Shown: one piece after another, positions 38,202-45,014 of the stretch
Layout of the letters: every line of letters starts with the position of its first letter
Position numbering within the stretch: the first letter of the stretch is position 1
NCBI GenBank assembly: GCA_947630425.1
Contig: CANRHN010000001.1
Coordinates: 26,567-90,566, forward strand
Direction: 5' to 3'
Source: an uncultured Clostridia bacterium
GTDB lineage: Bacteria > Bacillota > Clostridia > Christensenellales > CAG-314
DNA: 64,000 nucleotides
Notes under the pieces: model-generated
Database searches by the model: none
Told to the model about the DNA's origin: nothing
What the model saw: only the letters and a program-made list of their open reading frames with translations
Made by a program: the position numbers and the translations under genes

Positions 38202-38771
38202 TTACTCCTTGATGGTTTTTATGATTTTTGCGGGAACGCCCGCTACAACGGCATTTTCGGGAACATCCTTTGTGACGACTGCGCCTGCGCCGACAACAGC
38301 CCCATCGCCGATTGTTACCCCCGGCAAAATCGTAGCGTGTGCGCCGATCCAAACTTTGTTTCCGATCTTTACGGGCGCGGGGAACATATTGCCGCGCCTT
38401 TCGGGATCCAAATCGTGATTTAAGGTTGCAATCACCACCTGTTGTCCGATGAGGCAATCATCACCTATCTCTATCCCGCCTTGATCTTGAAAGCAACAGC
38501 CCGAATTGATAAAGACACGCTTGCCGAGCGTGATATTCAGTCCGTAGTTGGTGGAAAAGGGCGGGAACAGTCCGAAAGTTTCATCGTATTCTTTTCCGAT
38601 GAGTTCAAAAAACAACCGTCTTAATTCCTCGGGCGCATGATACTTTCCGTTGATCTCTGCCGTAAACGCAAGCGCGCGCTGCGACATCTCGTGCATATAA
38701 AGGTGCGTATCAGACCCTGCGACAAGGTAGGTTCTTGCTTTTGTAGTTTCGGTAAATTGTTCTCTCGTCAT
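38202..38771 (-). CDS. Sugar (maltose/galactoside-type) O-acetyltransferase, left-handed beta-helix
   Basis: Hexapeptide repeats [13 protein letters not shown] ... [27 protein letters not shown]. Confidence 0.75.
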   Translation of the reverse strand: MTREQFTETTKARTYLVAGSDTHLYMHEMSQRALAFTAEINGKYHAPEELRRLFFELIGKEYDETFGLFPPFSTNYGLNITLGKRVFINSGCCFQDQGGIEIGDDCLIGQQVVIATLNHDLDPERRGNMFPAPVKIGNKVWIGAHATILPGVTIGDGAVVGAGAVVTKDVPENAVVAGVPAKIIKTIKE

Positions 38772-38900
38772 ATTCGCCTCGAATTTACATCAATATTATA
38801 ATACGAAAGCATCTAATATGTTAAATACTTATATTTTATAGATTTCCTATGCTTGACAAGCATAGTTTTTGCCGATATAATATTCTCAAAGGAGTTTTTT

Positions 38901-39779
38901 ATGGAACTGCGAGAACTCAAATATTTTTTGGCTGTCGCACGAGAAGAAAGTATTTTGAAAGCGGCGGAAGCATTGTATGTATCCCAACCCAACTTGTCGC
39001 GACAAATGAAGCATTTGGAAGAAGAACTCGGGCAACAGCTCTTTATCCGCGGAAGCAGAAAGATCACGCTTACCGAAGCGGGAGAACTTCTCAAAAAGCG
39101 CGCCGAAGAGATTTTAGACCTGTATCAAAAGACGGAAACGGAACTTTCTTCGCCGTCTGCGGAAATTCGCGGTGACGTCTATATCGGCGGGGGCGAAAGT
39201 TACGTTCTCAAAATCGTAGCAAAAGCGGCGCGCGCCGTGAGGGAAAAATATCCCGCCGTCAAATTTCATTTGTTCAGCGGGGATATGGCGGCAATTGCGG
39301 AGAAACTCGATAAAGGGCTTATCGACTTCGGCATCTTCATCGAACCCGCAGACCTAACAAAGTACGACTATCTCCGCCTTCCCCTCGTAGATACTTGGGG
39401 CGTTCTTATGCGAAAAGACAGTCCGCTCGCGGAAAAGGAATTTGTCACGCCCGAAGATTTGAGGGACGCGCCTTTGATCCGCTCCCGCCATTCGCTTGGG
39501 AAAAGCGTCATCACCGATTGGTTTCAAAGACGGTCGGACGAGCTGAATATCGTCGCCACATACAACCTTATGTATAACGCCTCGCTATTCGTCACCGAGG
39601 GCGTGGGGTATGCCGTGGGGCTTGAACACATCATCAATACGTCGGGTACAAGCGAACTTTGTTTCCGTCCGCTTTTCCCGAAGCTCGTTTCCCACCTTGA
39701 TATTGCTTGGAAAAAGTATCAAGTGTTTCCCAAATGTGCAGAGGTCTTTTTGAAAGAATTGGAAACGAGTATCGTATAG
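38901..39779 (+). CDS. LysR-family transcriptional regulator
   Basis: ATG at 38901 follows AAAGGAG. HTH segment LKYFLAVAREESILKAAEALYVSQPNLSRQMKHLEEELG. Divergent from the three-gene operon. Confidence 0.85.
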   Translation: MELRELKYFLAVAREESILKAAEALYVSQPNLSRQMKHLEEELGQQLFIRGSRKITLTEAGELLKKRAEEILDLYQKTETELSSPSAEIRGDVYIGGGESYVLKIVAKAARAVREKYPAVKFHLFSGDMAAIAEKLDKGLIDFGIFIEPADLTKYDYLRLPLVDTWGVLMRKDSPLAEKEFVTPEDLRDAPLIRSRHSLGKSVITDWFQRRSDELNIVATYNLMYNASLFVTEGVGYAVGLEHIINTSGTSELCFRPLFPKLVSHLDIAWKKYQVFPKCAEVFLKELETSIV

Positions 39780-39983
39780 TCCGTGTCCGCAAAGTGATCT
39801 TGCGGTTTTGCGGATTTTACACCCGACGATTTACACCCGAACAGAATAAAGCAAGATAAAAGTTACCGCGCAAAACGCGCAATAAACAAAAAAACAGGCG
39901 TTCAAAATGCAAAAAACGGCTGTTTTCAGCCGTTTTGAACATCAAAAAGCCTGTTGCTTGCTCCTGAACTAGTTGGCAGTTCG

Positions 39984-40245
39984 CTGCGCTCGTCCGAAAG
40001 CGATTGTTGCTTGTAAAGTCAAGGTCACATTGTTCCGTACTCCCGTCACCGAAACAAAAAGGCAACAATAAAAAGGCTACAATGGAAAAGGAAGCACCTG
40101 ATCGTGTTTCCTTTCCGTTGCAACTACAAGCGCAGTTGCCGCAAATGGCGTTGGGTTGACGGCAAACCAACCGTCTGGAAAGAGGAGGACCAACAAATAT
40201 GGCAAAAGAAAAATCAACAAATATAAAAAAGGGAGAACGAACAAA
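39984..40245 (+). repeat. Cassette 5' flank, copy 2
   Basis: Near-identical to 34186-34449, and preceded by CTAGTTGGCAGTTCG (a tRNA-Arg T-arm-like junction). Confidence 0.85.
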
Positions 40246-40249
40246 ATGA
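40199..40249 (+). CDS. Conserved 16-codon upstream ORF, copy 2
   Basis: Same peptide MAKEKSTNIKKGERTK. Its TGA overlaps the cargo ATG at 40246. Confidence 0.35.
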   Translation: MAKEKSTNIKKGERTK

Positions 40250-40818
40250 GTGATGTAAAACAACCCATCAACAAACAAGAGTATGATGAATTAGAAGCCA
40301 AGATAGGAGAAATTAAGAATTATCTTAAAACAGAAAGTGAAAAAATAGCCGATAAAGTGAATGGAAAGAAAGCAGATTTAAGCCTTTTTAAGGTCAAGAA
40401 ACGCAAACTAAAAAAAGACGAAGGGAAGGGTTATATATGTAATTTTACGCCCAAAACGGACGCCGGTATTTATGTATTTTGTTCAAATAAAACAGAAATT
40501 AAAATACCGAAAAATTTTGATAACGTAAATTATGGCGCAAAACTAAATGAAGGCAATGAAAATGCTAATCGATGCCTTTATGTGGGAAAATCATATGACT
40601 TAAAAAAACGCATTAAAGAACATTTGTCTGAAAAAGACAAATCGCCATATTCATTAAAGTGTAGCCACCCAAACAGGGAACAACTGTTTACGAACTCCAA
40701 GGTTTACATTTTTGAATTGAAAGACGAATTGGTAGAACATAAAGAACTTATACTTCCCACAATTGAAGGTTTTTTACACGAAATGTTGAAACCTCAAATC
40801 GGAACCCCAAGAACATAA
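40246..40818 (+). CDS. Cassette cargo 2: 191-aa GIY-YIG-like nuclease-domain protein
   Basis: GIYVF ... (33-aa spacer) ... LYVGKSYDLKKRIKEH resembles a GIY-YIG core with an unusually long insert. I placed the start at 40246 by homology with cassette 1; the track ORF starts at 40156. Confidence 0.5.
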   Translation: MSDVKQPINKQEYDELEAKIGEIKNYLKTESEKIADKVNGKKADLSLFKVKKRKLKKDEGKGYICNFTPKTDAGIYVFCSNKTEIKIPKNFDNVNYGAKLNEGNENANRCLYVGKSYDLKKRIKEHLSEKDKSPYSLKCSHPNREQLFTNSKVYIFELKDELVEHKELILPTIEGFLHEMLKPQIGTPRT

Positions 40819-40836
40819 ATCTTTCAAGCAAATCAT

Positions 40837-41203
40837 TCAAAAAAGGGAGACGAACGTTACAGTTGGTTTCCCTAAAATTTTGTTTAATCCCCCACCATAA
40901 CGGCTGCACTATGCGGCGGCAATTTTTTACGAACAGTATGGTTTTGTGGATTTAGTATGCGAAAAAATTGCGTTATTGATTTTGCGCTTAATATAATAGA
41001 CAAGGCTATGTGCAACTTGAAAAAATATTGGTTAAAAATTGGTTAAAATTCGATATGAAAGTCGGTTAATAGTAGTGTGCAAAATGAAATTTAATGCACA
41101 AAAGGGCTTGAAACTACCGTAAAATATCCGAAAAAACGGGCGTTTTGGACGATATTTTGCGTAATAAACGTTGTTTTCTCATTTTGGGGTCTACTCCTAA
41201 GTG
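40837..41203 (+). repeat. Cassette 3' flank, copy 2
   Basis: About 93% identical to 34945-35330 with one 11-nt indel. Similarity ends at CTCCTAAGTGA. Confidence 0.85.
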
Positions 41204-41210
41204 ATAGGCT

Positions 41211-41238
41211 GTGGGTTCAATTCCCGCCGAGAACGCCA
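41211..41238 (+). other. Orphan tRNA 3' fragment (T arm, acceptor strand, CCA)
   Basis: GTGGG-TTCAATT-CCCGC, CGAGAAC, G, CCA. No matching 5' half lies upstream. Confidence 0.5.
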
Positions 41239-41345
41239 TTACGGGCGGCCGCGTCATATGTCGCAACAAAAAAAAGGTTCACGCAAGGTGGACCCTTTTC
41301 CCATTGCTCCCGTTCGCTTGCCGCGTCACAGTTTGCTCGGTGGAT
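41239..41345 (+). repeat. tRNA-trailer unit (partial)
   Basis: TTACGGGCGGCCGCGTCATATGTCGCAAC, an A-run, hairpin GGTTCAC/GTGGACC, CTTTTCCCATTGCTCC, CGTCACAG. The architecture matches 19181-19283. Confidence 0.7.
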
Positions 41346-41346
41346 T

Positions 41347-41892
41347 TTAGGATGTAATATTTTTTTGTGAAAATTCAATTGAACTTTTTACATATAATTT
41401 TCCTGATGATGATAGGCGGCATTTTATCTCGGCTTCGGGCAATCGCACTTTACCATTATTTGCAAGCAACAAATGTAGACACTGGTCGTATTCCGTTTCG
41501 GTAATAAGTTTTTTTCCAAACAATCTGTCAAGAATTCCAAGTGTGCCCATCACAGTGACGGATTCCTTTTCGGCGGCATTCCTCAGTGCTTTATCACCTG
41601 TAAGTAAACATAATTTTCTGCATTTAGCAATCGCCAATGCCGTTCTGTCGTACACCGATAATTTTGTAAATTTTGAATAACGCTCTGCCTGCAAGTATTC
41701 TTCTGTTGTCAATTCAACACCGACCAGTCCCGATTGAAGAAGTTTATCTTTCAAACCGTCCGGATGGAGCAATTCCTTGTTTACCGCGTCCCAATGCATT
41801 ATGTACGTATACGGCAACAGAAAAGGTAAATACAACTTGTCAATGACGGCAAAGTCGATCCAAATATTAGTATCGCTGCTTATAAGTTGCAT
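41347..41892 (-). CDS. PIN-like nuclease-domain protein
   Basis: N-terminal SSDTNIWIDF (Asp), central D-R-T-A-L-A, and LLTGDKALRNAA...GTLGIL. The layout is that of PIN-like proteins paired with ImmA/IrrE regulators. Confidence 0.55.
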   Translation of the reverse strand: MQLISSDTNIWIDFAVIDKLYLPFLLPYTYIMHWDAVNKELLHPDGLKDKLLQSGLVGVELTTEEYLQAERYSKFTKLSVYDRTALAIAKCRKLCLLTGDKALRNAAEKESVTVMGTLGILDRLFGKKLITETEYDQCLHLLLANNGKVRLPEAEIKCRLSSSGKLYVKSSIEFSQKNITS

Positions 41893-41893
41893 T

Positions 41894-42940
41894 TCAGTCC
41901 TCGCTATAATTGCATTTTTGTTCTACGAAATCGTGAGTGCATTTCAGTAATTCACAGCCGCGAGTTATATTTATTTCCCCTTCGTTTATTGCTCTAAATA
42001 CCAATTGATTGAAAAGAGATGGCTCTTCGGCGGCAATTCGGCTTGGCTCTTTTTTGTTCCATCCAAGTTGAGAAAAGCGTTTGTAAGCCGCCTCTTCCGC
42101 CGGTTTAGTTATGATTTTGCACAAAAAGGCTCTTTTGGTTAGTAGCCACATGGAAATTCCATATTCTTTGGCCACTAATTGCATATCATTGCTGATATAA
42201 CTCCTGTGTATGCCTAATTCTCGTATCGCATCAACTTTTGGAAAAAGGAATGCTCCCGCAATGGCAGTAGCGCGGGTTTCTATGTCAACTTGTTTGGGGT
42301 TGTTTGAGGTAGACCAATCAAACATCAAGTGCGCCAACTCATGAACGATGGTTGATCTTTTTCGCTCCGTAGACATATTGTCATTGAGCATTATGTAGGG
42401 TCTGTTATTGACAAAGCCGTTTATTCCGGAAAATTTGTCGTCATCTATTTGTTGCAAATAAATCAAAAACCCCTTATTCTCCAACTTGCCGATCAAATCC
42501 TCTATGGGTCCGTCATTGGCAAAACTCAAATGTTTTCTCAACTGCGAGGCGTCATTCTCGGGATTGTCTGTCATGGTCAGACAGTGGCAAACAGGCGATT
42601 CGGGCAAGGTTTCCCCGCCGAGGATTTCCACTGCATCCATAAATCTGCTGAAATATTCTTCAACACTTTCTTGTATCAATTGTTTTTTGCTCTCGGACAA
42701 AGTAGAGTTTTTGCGAAATTCATTGTGGACAAAAATAAGTTGTTGATTTCTGCTCACCAAAAAATCTGAAACTGTTACACCCAGCACCTCGGCGCACTTT
42801 TTAATGATTTCTATGTGGGGTGATCTCGTTCCGTTTTCGTAATTGGTAATAGCCATAGGCGTAACGCCTATCTTGTTTGCCAATTCTTTTTTGGAAAGGG
42901 ATCTTAACAAACGATAATATTTTAAATTTTTGCTGAACAT
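41894..42940 (-). CDS. XRE HTH fused to an ImmA/IrrE-family zinc metallopeptidase
   Basis: HTH segment LSKKELANKIGVTPMAITNYENG and zinc motif HELAHLMF. There is a 1-nt gap to the PIN gene. Confidence 0.8.
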   Translation of the reverse strand: MFSKNLKYYRLLRSLSKKELANKIGVTPMAITNYENGTRSPHIEIIKKCAEVLGVTVSDFLVSRNQQLIFVHNEFRKNSTLSESKKQLIQESVEEYFSRFMDAVEILGGETLPESPVCHCLTMTDNPENDASQLRKHLSFANDGPIEDLIGKLENKGFLIYLQQIDDDKFSGINGFVNNRPYIMLNDNMSTERKRSTIVHELAHLMFDWSTSNNPKQVDIETRATAIAGAFLFPKVDAIRELGIHRSYISNDMQLVAKEYGISMWLLTKRAFLCKIITKPAEEAAYKRFSQLGWNKKEPSRIAAEEPSLFNQLVFRAINEGEINITRGCELLKCTHDFVEQKCNYSED

Positions 42941-43049
42941 ATCTTCACCCCCTGTTTATATTATAACGAATTTTATAAAAAAGTAAACAGTTTTTTACAA
43001 AATTTTATCATTATAAAATAAAATTCAAACAAAATTCTGCCAATTATTA

Positions 43050-43256
43050 AAAATAAGTCAAATTTGGTTGAGATTCTTGTGCAAAATGGAATTTAATGCA
43101 CAAAAGGGCGTAAAACTGCCGCAAAATATGCGAAAAACGGGCATTTTGGACGATATTTTGCGTAATAAACGTTGTTTTCTCATTCGGGGATTACTCCTAA
43201 GCGAGCAGTCTATCCACACAAAACGGGCAAAAACAACAAAAAACAGCCGATTTTGG
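43050..43256 (+). repeat. Cassette 3' flank, copy 3 (distal part only)
   Basis: Aligns with 35190-35345 and 41070-41203, and continues like copy 1 to CAGCCGATTTTGG, where the IS end begins. Confidence 0.75.
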
Positions 43257-43598
43257 TGAAATGCACCCCAAAAATTTGACACAAAGTGAACAACATTAGG
43301 AGGTGCATTTTTATGGCAAAAAAAGGACAAACATTCAAAAAGTATAGCTCGGAATTTAAGCTATGTGTTATACTGTATATGCGCAAAAACAAACTTAGTT
43401 ATCACGAAACTATGCGCAAGTTCAATCTCGGCAATCCCGAGTCCGGCGAGACGCGCAAAATGATACAATGTTGGGAGCGCATATACTTGGAGGAAGGAGC
43501 AGACGGACTTATGAAAGAACGCCGTGGGCGAAGCCCCAAAAGCGGACGTCCGAAAAAACCGTTAGATAAGTAGGTAGAAGAAGATCTTATTGCCGAAA
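43257..43598 (+). mobile_element. IS3-family (IS150-group-like) left end, truncated
   Basis: TGAAATGCACCCCAAAAATTTGACAC resembles IS150-type terminal repeats. The orfA HTH protein follows. Homology ends after VEEDLIAE, and there is no orfB or right end. Confidence 0.6.
43313..43573 (+). pseudogene. IS3-family transposase OrfA fragment
   Basis: MAKKGQTFKKYSSEFKL...ERRGRSPKSGRPKK. An in-frame TAG at 43571 interrupts the typical ...LDK-EVEEDLIAEN continuation. Confidence 0.6.
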
Positions 43599-43832
43599 CC
43601 GAACATCAGGCGTATGTAAACGAGGATTATAAACCGTCTTTTGGCTTTTTCGCCGAATTTATGATTTCCGTTTTTGCCCCGTTCTCGTTAATGATAATTT
43701 GTACCAGCTGACCGCAACGAGGGCATACAATATCTACATCGGAGCTGGCGCCCCTCTTCATAGTTTATATCCGCATATAGGATATGCTACGTGCTGTTCC
43801 GTTTCTCATATTCGATATGAAACCTTTCTTCT

Positions 43833-44360
43833 TTAACAAGCACCTTTAATCCGTTGGGTACTTACTGGTCGCTTCGTCGCTTTAGCTTGCCTTTGCGTTG
43901 TGAATGGAAGACCTCGACCAATCTTTCCATATATTATTGAAAAAAGCTTCCTCTTCATGTTTTTAGGTTCTCTTTTAGGGCGCATTCTTCTACCTCGTTC
44001 AGCAGCTTGCAGTCCTATGTCTGTGTTTTCTGCAACCCGCGTAAAATTGCTCATGCTGGAGAGGACAACGAGTACGCCCTCGTCAATGTTTTCGAGGATA
44101 TGTTTCGTACTCGATGGCGGTTTGGTAAGCGCATTGCTCATTACGGGTTCCATAACGAGAACTTGTTTGTCGTGTTTGCGGGCAATCCCATAGCATTCTT
44201 TCGGTCGAACGGAAGTTTCCCTCAATCGTAATAGTCCATTATAATCTGCACGGCATTCACCTTGGGGCGTTTGGTGAGAATTTAATCGAGGTGTCATACG
44301 TCGTTTTGGTAAGAGAAAGTAATAGGCGTATTTTTCCCCATGCCTTCCTTTTTCTCGCAT
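43833..44360 (-). CDS. Hypothetical basic protein (175 aa), possibly a mobile-element remnant
   Basis: This is an ORF only, with no motif I recognise. A 44-codon CxxC ORF (43627-43761, minus strand) follows it. Confidence 0.2.
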   Translation of the reverse strand: MREKGRHGEKYAYYFLLPKRRMTPRLNSHQTPQGECRADYNGLLRLRETSVRPKECYGIARKHDKQVLVMEPVMSNALTKPPSSTKHILENIDEGVLVVLSSMSNFTRVAENTDIGLQAAERGRRMRPKREPKNMKRKLFSIIYGKIGRGLPFTTQRQAKATKRPVSTQRIKGAC

Positions 44361-44715
44361 AATCTAACAGGTGACAGATTTTAACTTCTGCAGACTACAT
44401 ATATATCGGTTAGGGTTGAGGCATAGATGGTAGTCGAAGTGCTCACTTCGCATTTTTCAAGCTATTCATTGAAAATTGCTTTCACTTATTGATTAGCTAC
44501 GTTTATAATGAATTTCTAATACTTGTAATTAATGTTGAGAAAGTAAAGCGGACAATTTGTGTTTTAAAGAGAGATTAACCACTTTTTATTGTGTAGATAA
44601 AAATCTGTAACGAAAACCGAACAATATTTAAAAAATATTTTTAAAATATGACGGACAGCGCCGCCTAAATTACTCATCTGGTTGAAAATAAATAAAAAAT
44701 ATTTTTGAAATACTG

Positions 44716-44744
44716 TTGACATTTGTCGAATAATATTGTATTCT
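44716..44744 (+). promoter_or_regulatory. Candidate promoter of the five-gene operon
   Basis: TTGACA (44716-44721), a 17-nt spacer, then TATTCT (44739-44744). The RBS AAGGGAG precedes the ATG at 44776. Confidence 0.5.
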
Positions 44745-44775
44745 TATGGAGAAACAATAAGGGAGCGTAGGTTAT

Positions 44776-45006
44776 ATGAAACAACAAAATGAAAGCAAGC
44801 GCGAATGCTTTGTTCGAATCGCAGAGGCAAGAACGAATAAAATAATTGATATGTTAAGATTGCTTGGCAATTGCTCGAATGTTGCTACTTACGAATATAC
44901 AAAGGAAGACGTCAAAAAAATCTTTGCAGCCATAGAAGAAGAACTGAAGGCGACAAAGACAAAATTTGACACTGTAACAACTACGAATTCTAAATTTAAA
45001 CTTTGA
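44776..45006 (+). CDS. Small (76-aa) helical protein, first gene of the operon
   Basis: The ORF has an RBS. It is basic and helical (KRECFVRIAEARTNKIIDMLRLLGN). A DNA-binding role is only a guess. Confidence 0.55.
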   Translation: MKQQNESKRECFVRIAEARTNKIIDMLRLLGNCSNVATYEYTKEDVKKIFAAIEEELKATKTKFDTVTTTNSKFKL

Positions 45007-45014
45007 GGTGAAGC

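Noticed and set aside
40156-40245. ORF-track start (TTG 40156) for the GIY-YIG-like gene.
   Set aside because: The same conserved flank in cassette 1 is closed in that frame. Both cassettes share ATGAGTGA at the cargo start, preceded by the coupled uORF.
34186-41203. Integron-type gene cassettes (attC sites, IntI).
   Set aside because: The junction motif is GTTCG(C/T)T, which does not fit the GTTRRRY core. I see no attC-like imperfect palindrome pair at cassette ends. The only recombinase looks like an ordinary phage-type integrase, although I cannot exclude the IntI-specific insertion without alignment.
41195-41238. Possible tmRNA (ssrA) 3' end used as an integration site.
   Set aside because: The acceptor strand is CGAGAAC-G-CCA. 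It lacks the G3-U70 / ...UCCACCA signature of tmRNA. No tRNA-like 5' GGGG partner, resume codon or tag ORF is nearby.
43627-44360. 175-aa ORF plus a downstream 44-codon CxxC ORF (43627-43761, minus strand) as a functional gene pair.
   Set aside because: They have weak or no RBSs and no motif I can recognise. They are embedded in AT-rich filler next to an IS scar. I list the 175-aa ORF at low confidence only.
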